The translations under genes and the position numbers were made by a program. Below are positions 53,389 to 64,000 of a stretch of 64,000 nucleotides of DNA, one piece after another. The stretch lies in the NCBI GenBank assembly GCA_963727805.1, contig CAVSHF010000003.1, positions 288,001-352,000 on the forward strand, read 5' to 3'. The notes under the pieces are model-generated. The model ran no database searches. It was not told where the DNA came from and saw nothing but the letters and a program-made list of their open reading frames with translations. This stretch comes from an uncultured Nitrospiraceae bacterium. GTDB taxonomy: Bacteria; Nitrospirota; Thermodesulfovibrionia; Thermodesulfovibrionales; Dissulfurispiraceae. Position 1 is the first letter of the stretch; every line of letters starts with the position of its first letter.

Positions 53389-54572
53389 TTATCAGAACTG
53401 AAAAGTGCTCTGGTTGTGGCGAATGCGTTAGTTCGTGCCCATATACCGCTATAGAGATAAAAGATAACAAGGCTTCTATTAACGAATATTGCAACTTCTG
53501 CAGCACCTGCCTTAATGTCTGCCCCGAAGGCGCCATCGTCGAGATTGCAGAGGAAGGGGATGTAAAGGAAACAGCTGATCTTTCGTCCTATAAGGGTGTC
53601 TGGACTTTTGCTGAGCAGAGGGAAGGTAAGCTAGCTTCGGTGGCGTTGGAACTTCTGGGAGAGGGTCGAAAGCTAGCCGATCAGCGAAAGGCAGAGCTTT
53701 CAGCGGTCCTTTTCGGTGCAGATGAACACGAGGCGCAGGAGTTGATCAAATGGGGTGCCGACAAAGTATATCATGTAGCTGATCCTGCCCTCACGAGGTT
53801 CAATGACGAACCGTATTCTCAGCTTCTCATCAGGCTTGTCAGACAGTATAAACCCGAGATTGTCCTGGCCGGTGCGACTGCGATAGGCCGATCATTTGTT
53901 CCGAGGGTTGCTGGAAAATTGAAGACAGGATTAACGGCGGATTGTACTGCACTTGAAATTGATGAGGATTCCGGAAATCTCTTACAGATAAGGCCGGCGT
54001 TCGGTGGCAATATTATGGCCACTATCCTTTGCCCTAATTACAGACCTCAGATCGCTACGGTCAGGCCGAGGGTCATGAAAAAGGGCATCTATGATCCTGC
54101 TAGAAATGGAAAGATAATATCAGTTTCTGCAGACGGTATCACTTCAAGGACAAAGGTACTTGAAGTCGTGCAGGAGACTTCCGAATGTATGGTAAATCTT
54201 CAGGATGCTGAGATAATAGTCTCCGGCGGCAGAGGACTTGGCGACACGAAGGGATTTGAACTTATCAGAGAACTTGCTGAGCTCCTGGGTGGAGCTGTCG
54301 GTGCCTCGCGCGCTGCTGTCGACGAGGGATGGATACCTTATCGGCATCAGGTGGGACAGACGGGCAAGACTGTCTGCCCGAAGATCTATATCGCCTGCGG
54401 AATTTCAGGTGCTGTACAGCACCTCGTTGGCATGCAATCTTCTGATATTATCATTGCCATCAACAAGAACGCGGAGGCTCCTATTTTTAATGTGGCGACT
54501 TATGGCATAGTTGGAGATATTTATGAAGTGCTTCCAATGATGATCAGGAAATTAAAAGAGGGCAAGGCATAG
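53379..54572 (+). CDS. etfA: Electron transfer flavoprotein alpha subunit with N-terminal 2x[4Fe-4S] domain
   Basis: Two CxxCxxCxxxCP motifs; RPAFGG, QVGQTG and GISGAVQH. Confidence 0.95.
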   Translation: MRIIIRTEKCSGCGECVSSCPYTAIEIKDNKASINEYCNFCSTCLNVCPEGAIVEIAEEGDVKETADLSSYKGVWTFAEQREGKLASVALELLGEGRKLADQRKAELSAVLFGADEHEAQELIKWGADKVYHVADPALTRFNDEPYSQLLIRLVRQYKPEIVLAGATAIGRSFVPRVAGKLKTGLTADCTALEIDEDSGNLLQIRPAFGGNIMATILCPNYRPQIATVRPRVMKKGIYDPARNGKIISVSADGITSRTKVLEVVQETSECMVNLQDAEIIVSGGRGLGDTKGFELIRELAELLGGAVGASRAAVDEGWIPYRHQVGQTGKTVCPKIYIACGISGAVQHLVGMQSSDIIIAINKNAEAPIFNVATYGIVGDIYEVLPMMIRKLKEGKA

Positions 54573-55496
54573 ATGGAGATCCCTTTTGTATTTCCGGGAC
54601 AGGGTTCGCAATATGTAGGGATGGGTAAGGAGCTCTGGGATCATTTTGACGAAGTAAAAAGGCTTTACGACCAAGCCTCAAAAAACCTCGGGTACGATGT
54701 CGCGGACCTCAGTTTCAACGGGCCGGTCGAAGAGCTGAACAAAACATTTCGGACGCAACCCTGCCTGCTCGTTGTGAGTGTTGCGGCTTTCATCGCGCTG
54801 GGGCTGAAGAACGTTACGCCATCCGCTGTCGCGGGACATAGTCTTGGTGAGTATTCTGCCCTTGTTGCAGCGGGAAGTCTGTCGTTTGCCGATGCAGTAA
54901 AGATCACGGAGATCCGGGGTTCTATCATGCAGGAAGCGGTCCCAGAAGGAAAGGGACTTATGGCTGCTATCCTCGGGCTTGACAGGAGCGCCCTCGATGG
55001 TTTGTGCCTCAGCGTGGATGAGGGATACGTAAGGGTAGCCAATTACAACTGTCCAGGGCAGATTGTCGTTTCAGGGGAAAAGGTGGCAGTTGAAGCCCTA
55101 ATTGTCAAGGCCAAAGTTGCCGGCGCAAAAAGGGCATTGCCGCTTGCGGTGAGCGTTCCTTCTCACTGCGCGTTGATGGAAGAAGCCGGGAAAAAATTTG
55201 AGGCGATGCTGAAAGGCTTCGAGATCAGGGATACCATGCTTCCTTTTGTGAATAATGTAGATGCTAGGTTTATTTCGGATGCGGAAGTAATAAGGAAATC
55301 TCTCGTTCGACAACTCAGTCAGTCGGTCCTCTGGGAGGACTGCATAAAAACGATTGCGATGAAGGGCATGATGACATTCGTCGAAGTCGGTCCCGGCAAG
55401 ATTCTATCGGGCTTGATAAAGAGGATAGCGACGGGGGCAAGGACCTTCAACGTCGAAAATATAGAAAGCTTGAATACAACAGTCGATGAATTGTAA
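54573..55496 (+). CDS. fabD: Malonyl-CoA:ACP transacylase
   Basis: FPGQGSQ and GHSLGE motifs. Confidence 0.95.
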   Translation: MEIPFVFPGQGSQYVGMGKELWDHFDEVKRLYDQASKNLGYDVADLSFNGPVEELNKTFRTQPCLLVVSVAAFIALGLKNVTPSAVAGHSLGEYSALVAAGSLSFADAVKITEIRGSIMQEAVPEGKGLMAAILGLDRSALDGLCLSVDEGYVRVANYNCPGQIVVSGEKVAVEALIVKAKVAGAKRALPLAVSVPSHCALMEEAGKKFEAMLKGFEIRDTMLPFVNNVDARFISDAEVIRKSLVRQLSQSVLWEDCIKTIAMKGMMTFVEVGPGKILSGLIKRIATGARTFNVENIESLNTTVDEL

Positions 55497-55505
55497 AGGG
55501 GAAGT

Positions 55506-55739
55506 ATGATCATTGACGTGCGAGGATTGCACCATCCCGACCATTTGAGGGAATTCAGGAAGCATCTTGAAGGATTCTGTACTGTTCACGAAGAAGTCGA
55601 GGTGCTATTGGATAATAACCGGGAAGACCGTAAAAAAATCGAGATGTTCGTACGATCGTGCAGGGGAAAGTATACAGTATTGGATGAGGGAGACCATCTG
55701 CGGATGAAGATCGAAGCTTACTTCAGCCTTTGCGGATGA
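55506..55739 (+). CDS. Small TusA/SirA-like protein (lacks the CPxP motif; ends in CG)
   Basis: IDVRGL start typical of the TusA fold. Confidence 0.55.
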   Translation: MIIDVRGLHHPDHLREFRKHLEGFCTVHEEVEVLLDNNREDRKKIEMFVRSCRGKYTVLDEGDHLRMKIEAYFSLCG

Positions 55740-55803
55740 GCAGTACGGCAGAGTATGCGGTCTGAATATGATGACAGAGATACAAACTATGGAGGAACAA
55801 ACA

Positions 55804-56217
55804 GTGGAGAAAACACTCTCGATTATAAAACCCGATGGGGTCAAGAAGAATGTCATAGGCGAAGTATTAAGCAGGTTTGAAAGGAGCGCTCTCAAGATAG
55901 CTGCTCTGAAAAAGATAGCATTGTCCAAGGAAGAAGCAAAGGCGTTTTACTCAGTTCATAAAGAGAGGCCTTTTTACGATAGCCTCACAACGTTTATGTC
56001 TGAGGGACCAGTGGTAGTCTTGGTGCTCGAAGGCGACAATGCGATATCGAGAGTCAGGGAAATCATGGGTGCTACCAATCCAGCCAATGCGGCCCCTGGC
56101 ACGATTAGGAAAGACTTCGCCGAAAGTGTGGAGCGAAATGTTGTCCATGGCTCCGATTCTCCTGAATCAGCGGCGGTGGAAATACCTTTCTTTTTCTCGA
56201 ATCTTGAAATACACTAA
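55804..56217 (+). CDS. ndk: Nucleoside diphosphate kinase
   Basis: [12 protein letters not shown] and NVVHGSDS motifs; GTG start after GGAGGA. Confidence 0.97.
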   Translation: MEKTLSIIKPDGVKKNVIGEVLSRFERSALKIAALKKIALSKEEAKAFYSVHKERPFYDSLTTFMSEGPVVVLVLEGDNAISRVREIMGATNPANAAPGTIRKDFAESVERNVVHGSDSPESAAVEIPFFFSNLEIH

Positions 56218-56430
56218 CGATTAGGATCATGCAGCGTCCGCGTGCCGCATTGTGCCTTGCCTTGGTATTCCAAGCGAGTAATATATGGTATAATTTCTAC
56301 AATAGCAATGGAAGTGTTTTTTTGAACCATTGCCCTCTGACTATGAATGTTTTTATTGAGTTCCAGCAGGTTACCACCCATACTCGAAGCTTGCTGATAT
56401 TGGAATGAACGTATCCCCGAATTTACTGCA

Positions 56431-58953
56431 ATGCCAAAATGCACCCCAAAAATAATAACTCGCGATAGCGCTGACGAATTCAGCTACAAAAGTTTCTTTG
56501 TGAATGCCGTCGAAGGACTATTTCAGTCTACTATGAGCGGAAAATTCATTACTGTTAACCCTGCACTAGCAAAAATGCTCGGCTATGACGGACCCGAAGA
56601 CATGATCTCCATGCTGCAGGACCTGAAATCTCAGCTCTATGTTAATCCTGCTGACCGTGATCGCCTTGTTGCCATTCTCAAAGAAAAAGGTGCGGTAACC
56701 GATTTTGAGACCCAGTTCAGATGCAAGGACGGCAACAGCAAGTGGATTAATCTGGCGGTCCGCGAGGTGCGCGGGGCAGATGGAAAGCTTTGTTATATTG
56801 AGGGTCTGAACATTGACATTACGGCGAGGAAGTGTGCTGAAATGGCGCTTAGGGAGAGTGAACAGAAATTTCGACGCACTTTTGATCAAGCCCCGATCGG
56901 AGCTGCAATTGTTAATCTAAAATTTTCCTTCATACGAGTAAATAAAGTACTTTGTGATATTACCGGCTATTCTGAGGAAGAGCTTTTGTCAAAAAAAATT
57001 ATCGATATTATCCATCCCGATGACATTCCTATCGGGTTGGGTTATGCTAACAAGCTTCTGAGTGGTGAAATAGATTCATATGAAAATGATAGGCGATTTA
57101 TCCATAAAAACGGTGGTGTTAGATGGGTGACGATTTCAATGCGTTGCCTTAAGGACCATCTCGGCAACCCTCATTATTTGCTGCCGATGATCCAGGACAT
57201 CACCTCGCGTAAAAATGTCCTCGATACCCTAGCAGCCACTAAAGAGAGACTTCAGCATAGCGAATCAATATATCGGGCTATAGTTGAAGATCAGATTGAA
57301 CAGGTTTGCCGGTATAAGCGCGGTGGAACGCTTACGTTTGTAAACGATGCTTATGCCGATTTTTTTCAGAAGAATAAGGATGAACTCATAGGGATGGTAT
57401 TTACCCTGAATATGCCCGATGAGGACCTTCAACAGTTCGAGAAGCATTTGAGGAAGCTGACACCTTTCAGGCCGGTAGCTGAGATGGAACATCGGGTTAT
57501 ATTACCGGATGGACAGATGCGTTGGGTCCATCGCTCAATCCGGCCGTTTTTCGACAAGGACGGCTGTATCACTGAATACCAGGTAGTTGGTCGCGATGTC
57601 ACCGATAAAGTGGTGGCCGAACAGGAAATTCAAAGAATTTCCGATGAAAAGGAGCAGTATCGATTGAACCTGGAGGCCGTCTTCAGCAGTATACCTGATG
57701 CAGTCTTAACTGTGGACAAAGATATGCGTATTATTCATATTAATAAAGCGATGAGCAATATTTGCTGCATCAGCCATGAATTAGTTTCTGGCAAATCTAT
57801 TAAGGATTTTTCGGGGTCTTGTGACCGATCCTGTTTTCACATTTTATTCAAAACCCTACAGACAAAAGAGCCGGTTATTGAGTATCGTCTTGAGTGTCTG
57901 ACGAGCAATCCGGGAAAAGTGTTCATAATTAATTCATCTCCGCTCAGGGACCAGGAAAACCAGTTCATGGGGGCTGTTTTAGTCATTCGAGATATCACAC
58001 GGCTGGCAAACCTCGAAAAACAGATTGCGGACCCTACAGGCTACAAGAACATAATCGGGAAAAGCCGAGCAATGCAGGAAGTCTATCGCGTCCTGGACCT
58101 TCTCACCGATGTGGAAACCACAGTACTTATCACAGGGGAATCGGGGACAGGCAAGGAACTGACTGCCGAAGCATTGCATTATGGCGGTCCGAGGGCAAAG
58201 CGCCCCCTTATCAAGGTTAACTGCGCGGCCCTTGCGGAAAACCTCCTTGAGAGTGAACTTTTCGGACATGTTCGCGGAGCATTCACGGGTGCAATCAAGG
58301 ACAAAGTGGGCCGTTTCGAGGCCGCCGAAGGCGGGACCCTTTTTCTCGATGAAATCGGTGACATCCCTTTGAGCACCCAGCTCAAGCTTCTTCGCGTTCT
58401 TGAGCGAAAGGAGTATGAACGTGTCGGGGATTCGCGGACACTGAAAGCAGACGTAAGAGTAGTTACAGCTACCAATGTGGATCTGCAAAAAAAAATTAGG
58501 CAGGGACTCTTTCGTGAAGATCTCTACTACCGACTTAAGGTCATGGGTATCCATCTGCCACCGCTGCGTGAGCGTGAGCAGGATATTCCGCTTTTGTGCC
58601 AGCATTTTATAAATCAATTAAACTTGGACTATGAAAAAAGGATTTTTCGCGTCTCAGATGAGGTCATGAAACTTTTCATGGACTACAAATGGCCGGGCAA
58701 TGTCCGAGAGTTGCGCCACACGCTGGAACACGCATTTATATTGTGCCCGGCAGGAGATATCGGACCACAGCATCTCCCCAGGGACTTTGCTAGTGACCAA
58801 TCTGAGCGCAAGGAAGAGGTCAAACAAAAAACAAAGGTCAGCCGGGCGTCTATAATTGAGACTTTGTCCCGGAATGGCGGCAATAAAGCCAAAGCCGCTC
58901 GTCAACTTGGAATAGATCGACGGACTCTATATCGTAATTTAGAAAAAAAATAA
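56431..58953 (+). CDS. Sigma54-dependent enhancer-binding protein with multiple PAS domains
   Basis: About 4 PAS domains, GESGTGKE, GAFTGA, LFLDEIG and a Fis-type HTH. Confidence 0.95.
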   Translation: MPKCTPKIITRDSADEFSYKSFFVNAVEGLFQSTMSGKFITVNPALAKMLGYDGPEDMISMLQDLKSQLYVNPADRDRLVAILKEKGAVTDFETQFRCKDGNSKWINLAVREVRGADGKLCYIEGLNIDITARKCAEMALRESEQKFRRTFDQAPIGAAIVNLKFSFIRVNKVLCDITGYSEEELLSKKIIDIIHPDDIPIGLGYANKLLSGEIDSYENDRRFIHKNGGVRWVTISMRCLKDHLGNPHYLLPMIQDITSRKNVLDTLAATKERLQHSESIYRAIVEDQIEQVCRYKRGGTLTFVNDAYADFFQKNKDELIGMVFTLNMPDEDLQQFEKHLRKLTPFRPVAEMEHRVILPDGQMRWVHRSIRPFFDKDGCITEYQVVGRDVTDKVVAEQEIQRISDEKEQYRLNLEAVFSSIPDAVLTVDKDMRIIHINKAMSNICCISHELVSGKSIKDFSGSCDRSCFHILFKTLQTKEPVIEYRLECLTSNPGKVFIINSSPLRDQENQFMGAVLVIRDITRLANLEKQIADPTGYKNIIGKSRAMQEVYRVLDLLTDVETTVLITGESGTGKELTAEALHYGGPRAKRPLIKVNCAALAENLLESELFGHVRGAFTGAIKDKVGRFEAAEGGTLFLDEIGDIPLSTQLKLLRVLERKEYERVGDSRTLKADVRVVTATNVDLQKKIRQGLFREDLYYRLKVMGIHLPPLREREQDIPLLCQHFINQLNLDYEKRIFRVSDEVMKLFMDYKWPGNVRELRHTLEHAFILCPAGDIGPQHLPRDFASDQSERKEEVKQKTKVSRASIIETLSRNGGNKAKAARQLGIDRRTLYRNLEKK

Positions 58954-59135
58954 CATTATCCTTATTTTTGACAAATATGTAGCACAGTGAGGCGCCACAT
59001 ATGTGGCTTGGCGCACTTAAAATGCCACACAATCGCACATCTATTAATTCCATCATTCATGGATAAAAATGCATGAGTGGTTCCACCTAATTGAAATAAC
59101 TATATTATTTGGACTGAAGTGATAATCGCGAATGA

Positions 59136-59151
59136 TGGCACAAGTATTGCT
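59136..59151 (+). promoter_or_regulatory. Sigma54 (-24/-12) promoter
   Basis: TGGCACAAGTATTGCT matches the consensus. Candidate UAS palindromes (TGTGGC/GCCACA) lie at about 58977-59040. Confidence 0.88.
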
Positions 59152-59265
59152 CGTAATATGATCATCACAGTGAAGAGTGCTTGTCATGTGAGAACTTTTA
59201 GGGAGGGTATTGGTGGGAAAAAAGAAAACACCTTATATCCGGGATAACCGTGAGGAGGAATATCG

Positions 59266-59934
59266 ATGCATTTCTTGAACAGTTCGGTCGGCAGAAAGAT
59301 AGTGATGGCGATTACGGGACTTATGCTACTTGGATTCCTTGTCATTCATCTCTGTGGTAATTCCCTGATTTACATTGGCTGGATTAACGCCTACGGTGAA
59401 CGCCTGCACAGTATGCCGCCCCTGGTGTGGGGCTTCCGGCTGTTTATGCTCGGCGTGTTTATACTGCACGTCTTTTTCGGTATTCAGTTGACACTAGAAA
59501 ATAATTCGGCGAGACCTCAGGCATACTCTGTGAAAAAGAACCTACGAGCATCGTTCAGCGGCAGGACCATGATATGGACAGGACTGTTGATAGCAGCTTT
59601 TCTCATCTACCATCTGCTTCACTTCACTGCACGTATGACTAATCCCGAGATATCAACAGGTATTGACGCTATGGGCAGACTCGATGTCTTTAAGATGGTG
59701 GTGCTAAGCTTTAATAACCCAGCAATCTCTGGGGCGTATATAGCTGCAATGATCGTCCTGGCGCTTCATCTAACCCACGGTATACAGAGCTTTGTGCAGA
59801 CTTTCGGCCTTAATAATGATAAGACGATTCCGGTTGTCGAAAAGGTTGGTACCGGGGCTGCCTTTATCCTGTTCTTGGGGTATGCGGCAATCCCAATCGT
59901 TATCATATTAGGCTTTTTGAATTATAAAGGATAG
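59266..59934 (+). CDS. sdhC: Succinate dehydrogenase/fumarate reductase cytochrome b subunit
   Basis: SSVGRKIVMAITG; five TM helices with heme-binding His residues. Confidence 0.93.
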   Translation: MHFLNSSVGRKIVMAITGLMLLGFLVIHLCGNSLIYIGWINAYGERLHSMPPLVWGFRLFMLGVFILHVFFGIQLTLENNSARPQAYSVKKNLRASFSGRTMIWTGLLIAAFLIYHLLHFTARMTNPEISTGIDAMGRLDVFKMVVLSFNNPAISGAYIAAMIVLALHLTHGIQSFVQTFGLNNDKTIPVVEKVGTGAAFILFLGYAAIPIVIILGFLNYKG

Positions 59935-59943
59935 GGGGATAAC

Positions 59944-61857
59944 GTGATACTTGACGGAAAATGTCCATCAGGTCCGCTTGCACAGAAATGGGAAAAGCAT
60001 TGCCGAGAGATGAAGCTGGTAAGTCCCGCCAACAAAAGAAAGTATAGGATCATTGTTGTTGGGACCGGTCTTGCGGGCGCCTCTGCGGCCGCATCACTTG
60101 GGGAACTCGGCTACAACGTCGAATCCTTCTGCTATCAGGACAGCCCGCGCAGGGCTCACAGCATCGCTGCACAGGGCGGTATCAATGCGGCGAAGAATTA
60201 TCCTAATGACGGCGATAGCATTTACCGCCTCTTTTATGACACGATCAAGGGAGGCGACTTCAGGTCACGCGAGGCTAACGTCTACCGGCTTGCAACGATC
60301 AGCAATAATATTATTGACCAATGCGTAGCACAAGGAGTCCCATTTGCAAGGGATTACGCTGGCTATCTCGATCTTCGTTCATTCGGGGGCACTCAGGTTT
60401 CGCGCACGTTCTATGCTCGGGGGCAGACGGGCCAGCAATTGCTTCTAGGGGCTTATTCGGCTCTTTCCCGCCAGATAAAGGCAGGGACTGTAACGCTTCA
60501 TCCCCGCACTGAAATGCTCGACCTCGTAGTGGTCGACAGTGAGGCAAAGGGAATCACAGTGAGGGACATGGTCACTGGAAAAATAAGTTGTTATGCCGCC
60601 GATGCCGTCTGTCTTTGCACAGGTGGTTACGTAAATGTCTACTATCTGTCTACGAATGCCCAGGGTTGCAACGTGACAGCTAACTACCGCGCTTACAAGA
60701 AGGGCGCTTTCTTTGCAAACCCTTGCTATACGCAGATTCATCCGACATGCATCCCTGTCACGGGCGAACATCAGTCCAAGCTGACCCTGATGTCGGAGTC
60801 CTTGAGAAACGACGGCAGAGTGTGGGTCCCCAAGATAAAGGGTGATAAACGATTGCCCCATGAAGTCCCGGAAACTGAGAGGGACTACTACCTTGAGCGT
60901 AAATACCCGAGCTTCGGCAATCTTGCGCCACGTGACATATCTTCCCGCTCAGCCAAAGAAGTTTGTGATGAAGGTCGCGGGGTCGGCCCCGGCGGTCAGG
61001 GAGTTTATCTCGACTTTGCCGATGCCATCAAGCGCCTTGGCGAAGACACGATCCGTCAGCGCTACGGTAACCTCTTTGAAATGTACGAGCGTATTACCGA
61101 TGAAAACGCTTATAAACAGCCGATGCGCATCTATCCCGCCCTTCATTATGCGATGGGCGGTCTTTGGGTCGACTATAATCTTCAAAGCAATCTCCAGGGT
61201 CTTTTTGTCTTGGGAGAGGCCAATTTTTCAGATCACGGGGCCAACCGCCTCGGAGCAAGTGCGCTTATGCAGGGTCTTGGAGACGGCTATTTCGTCATCC
61301 CTTACACAATAGCTCATTATCTGGCACAGACGAAGCCCGGCAAGGTGAGCATAGACCATCCGGAGTTCAAAAAGTCTATGGTGGATGTCATTGAACTTAC
61401 AAGGAAGCTGCTTTCTATAAACGGCAAGAAGACGGTGAAGGAATTCCACCGCGAACTAGGCAAAGTCATGTGGGAAAATGTAGGAATGGCGCGCAGTGAA
61501 GAGAGTCTGAAAAAAGCAATCACGCTTATCCCCGAAATTCGTTCAGATTTCTGGAGGAATGTAAAAGTGACCGGCAGCGGGGCCGAATTAAACCAAGAAC
61601 TCGAAAAAGCCGGACGTGTAGCTGACTTTCTCGAATTCGGGGAGTTACTGGCACGGGACGCACTTAGCCGCAACGAGTCATGCGGCGGTCACTTCCGGGT
61701 TGAGTATCAGATGCCTGACGGCGAGGCTAAACGCGACGACGGAAATTACTGCTATGTCGCCGCTTGGGAATTTAAAGGTGGCGATAAAGAGCCGGAGCTT
61801 CATAAAGAGCCCCTCGTATTCGAAGACGTCAATCTTGGCGTAAGGAGTTATAAATAA
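59944..61857 (+). CDS. sdhA: Succinate dehydrogenase/fumarate reductase flavoprotein
   Basis: [21 protein letters not shown] and HGANRLG motifs. Confidence 0.96.
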   Translation: MILDGKCPSGPLAQKWEKHCREMKLVSPANKRKYRIIVVGTGLAGASAAASLGELGYNVESFCYQDSPRRAHSIAAQGGINAAKNYPNDGDSIYRLFYDTIKGGDFRSREANVYRLATISNNIIDQCVAQGVPFARDYAGYLDLRSFGGTQVSRTFYARGQTGQQLLLGAYSALSRQIKAGTVTLHPRTEMLDLVVVDSEAKGITVRDMVTGKISCYAADAVCLCTGGYVNVYYLSTNAQGCNVTANYRAYKKGAFFANPCYTQIHPTCIPVTGEHQSKLTLMSESLRNDGRVWVPKIKGDKRLPHEVPETERDYYLERKYPSFGNLAPRDISSRSAKEVCDEGRGVGPGGQGVYLDFADAIKRLGEDTIRQRYGNLFEMYERITDENAYKQPMRIYPALHYAMGGLWVDYNLQSNLQGLFVLGEANFSDHGANRLGASALMQGLGDGYFVIPYTIAHYLAQTKPGKVSIDHPEFKKSMVDVIELTRKLLSINGKKTVKEFHRELGKVMWENVGMARSEESLKKAITLIPEIRSDFWRNVKVTGSGAELNQELEKAGRVADFLEFGELLARDALSRNESCGGHFRVEYQMPDGEAKRDDGNYCYVAAWEFKGGDKEPELHKEPLVFEDVNLGVRSYK

Positions 61858-62597
61858 TGGACCTTACCCTATTTGTATGGCGCCAAAAAGGCCCAGATAA
61901 ACCTGGAAAGCTTGAAGAGTATAAAGCGAAGGATGTCAGTCCCGATATGTCTTTCCTCGAAATGCTCGATGAAGTCAACGAAGGACTGATCAAGGAAGGC
62001 AAGGAGCCAATAGTTTTCGACCATGATTGCCGCGAAGGCATCTGCGGGACTTGTTCGCAGGTCATTAACGGCATCCCTCATGGACCTCAGGAAAGGACCA
62101 CCGTCTGCCAGCTGCATATGAGGAAATTCAGGGATGGAGATACGATCTATATAGAGCCCTGGAGGGCAAAAGCCTTCCCGATCATTAAGGATTTGATCGT
62201 CGATCGTAGCGCGCTTGACAGGATAATCCAGGCCGGAGGATTCATTTCGGTACACACCGGGGGCGTTGCCGATGCCAATGCGATCCTCATACCCAAGCCT
62301 TATGCCGATGTCGCGATGGATGCGGCTGAGTGTATAGGCTGTGGTGCTTGCGTCGCGGCCTGCCCGAACGGTTCTGCAATGCTCTTTACGGCTGCAAAGG
62401 TTACGCAGCTTGCCATGCTACCACAGGGAAGGGTCGAGGCCGCAAAACGTGTTTGCCTGATGACGGAAGCAATGCTCAAAGAAGGCTTCGGCAACTGTAC
62501 CAACCATTATGAATGCCAAGCGGCATGCCCCAAAGGCATAAAGGTTTCGTTCATAGCAAAACTGAACAGGGAGTTTATAAAGGCACAAGTGTCATAG
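61857..62597 (+). CDS. sdhB: Succinate dehydrogenase/fumarate reductase Fe-S subunit
   Basis: [22 protein letters not shown] and [12 protein letters not shown] motifs. Confidence 0.96.
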   Translation: MDLTLFVWRQKGPDKPGKLEEYKAKDVSPDMSFLEMLDEVNEGLIKEGKEPIVFDHDCREGICGTCSQVINGIPHGPQERTTVCQLHMRKFRDGDTIYIEPWRAKAFPIIKDLIVDRSALDRIIQAGGFISVHTGGVADANAILIPKPYADVAMDAAECIGCGACVAACPNGSAMLFTAAKVTQLAMLPQGRVEAAKRVCLMTEAMLKEGFGNCTNHYECQAACPKGIKVSFIAKLNREFIKAQVS

Positions 62598-62680
62598 TGG
62601 CCGTTCTATGACGCGCTATGCCTTTTTATTGAGTAGGGATGAACGGCTCGTATCACAATAAAACTTTAGGAGGGATTCTG

Positions 62681-64000
62681 GTGGGAAAGGTAGAGAAACC
62701 GGCAGGCGTTAAGAAGAAGAGATTCTATAGCTCGCTTTTGTTTCAAGTATCTGTGGGTATTGTAATAGGTGTGACTCTCGGCTTCGTATACCCCGATTTT
62801 GCTAAGCAGTTAAAGCCGCTCGGCATAGGCTTCATTAAATTGATCAAGATGATGATTGGGCCCATCATCTTCGGAACCGTTGTAGTTGGCATAGCCAAGA
62901 TGGGCGATATGAAAAAGGTCGGCAGAGTCGGTGTTAAGGCACTTATCTATTTTGAAGTGATTACGACCATAGCCTTAGCAATAGGACTTGTTGCAGTCAA
63001 TGTCATCCAACCTGGAACTGGTCTGAATGCCGATCCTAAGGCGATGGACATGAAGGGCATTTCCGCCTTTACCACCGGGGCCAAAAGCTTGACCACTGTT
63101 GACTTTCTTCTGAACATAATTCCCACTTCGGTAGTAGATGCCTTTGCCAAAGGAGAGATCCTGCAGATTCTCCTCTTCTCCTGTATATTCGGAGCATCAC
63201 TTGCCGCAATGGGAGACAAGGGTAAGCCCGTTGTTCATTTCATCGATGAAGTAACCCATGGTTTGTTCAAAGGCATCGGCTATATTATGAGGCTAGCCCC
63301 CATCGGTGCCGGCGGCGCTATGGCATTTGCCATCGGTAGTTTCGGCTCTGCTACGCTCTCAACACTTGGAATGCTACTTGTCAGTGTTTATGGTACCGCT
63401 ATCTTCTTTGTTGTTGTTATTCTTGGCAGCGTCTGCAAATTGGCTGGGTTCAGCCTACTGAAGCTCTGGCTATATATCAAGGAAGAGTTCTTCATCGTCA
63501 TGGGAACATCCTCCTCTGAAACAGTGCTACCGCGAATTATGGTAAAGCTTGAGAATGCAGGCATTCAAAAGTCCGTTGTGGGTCTTGTCATCCCTACGGG
63601 GTATACCTTCAATCTTGACGGGACGAGCATTTACCTGACAATGGCGGCAATCTTTATTGCACAGGCATTCAATGTTGATCTTAGATGGACACAGCAGCTA
63701 ACTATTCTGGTTATTATGCTTTTGACCTCCAAGGGAGCTGCAGCCGTTGCTGGAGGCGGATTTATATGTTTGGCTGCGACACTGTCTGCAATGGATACAC
63801 AGATTCCGGTGGCTGGTCTGGCTTTGCTGCTTGGAGTAGACTGGTTTATGGCAACATGCAGGGCGCTGACCAACCTAGTCGGCAACTGCGTCGCTGGTGT
63901 AGTTGTGGCGAAATGGGAAGACTCCATCGATTTTGCAAGATTCAAACGTGTCTTGAACAACGAGACAATTGTTGAGGCTGAAGCGCCTGAAGAAGAAATG
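62681..64000 (+). CDS. dctA: C4-dicarboxylate:cation symporter DctA (3'-truncated by window)
   Basis: Open frame from GTG 62681 to the edge: [34 protein letters not shown]. Missed by the ORF track because there is no stop in the window. Confidence 0.92.
   Translation, partial: MGKVEKPAGVKKKRFYSSLLFQVSVGIVIGVTLGFVYPDFAKQLKPLGIGFIKLIKMMIGPIIFGTVVVGIAKMGDMKKVGRVGVKALIYFEVITTIALAIGLVAVNVIQPGTGLNADPKAMDMKGISAFTTGAKSLTTVDFLLNIIPTSVVDAFAKGEILQILLFSCIFGASLAAMGDKGKPVVHFIDEVTHGLFKGIGYIMRLAPIGAGGAMAFAIGSFGSATLSTLGMLLVSVYGTAIFFVVVILGSVCKLAGFSLLKLWLYIKEEFFIVMGTSSSETVLPRIMVKLENAGIQKSVVGLVIPTGYTFNLDGTSIYLTMAAIFIAQAFNVDLRWTQQLTILVIMLLTSKGAAAVAGGGFICLAATLSAMDTQIPVAGLALLLGVDWFMATCRALTNLVGNCVAGVVVAKWEDSIDFARFKRVLNNETIVEAEAPEEEM

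Overview
The window has two parts. Bases 1-27.1 kb are a mosaic accessory region lying downstream of a minus-strand tRNA-Val(GAC). It holds the end of a pilY1-like gene and c-di-GMP genes (two PilZ proteins, a REC-GGDEF cyclase, an HD-GYP phosphodiesterase). It also holds a duplicated GSU3473-like two-gene cassette, glgP, a decaying general-stress cluster, a decayed type III PKS cluster, an IS256 remnant, an intact IS3 and an IS607 (tnpA+tnpB). Bases 27.9-64 kb are mostly core genes: a NarL-type regulator, hsp20, ftsH, slt, nadA, rplU-rpmA-obgE-proB, glyQS, a DEAD-box helicase, a two-component pair, TPP riboswitch-thiSGEC, nrdJ, pdxJ-acpS, etfBA-fabD, ndk and a sigma54-driven sdh/frdCAB-dctA locus. 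Gene content and style suggest an anaerobic Nitrospirota or deltaproteobacterial-type host (inference only). The most notable signals are four identically oriented, helically phased CRP-like boxes (TGTGAT-N4-RTCACC) upstream of c-di-GMP/pilus-linked genes, the duplicated small-gene cassette with a conserved promoter, and a tRNA-Val att-bounded 2-kb islet. All family assignments come from motif recognition by eye, not from database searches.
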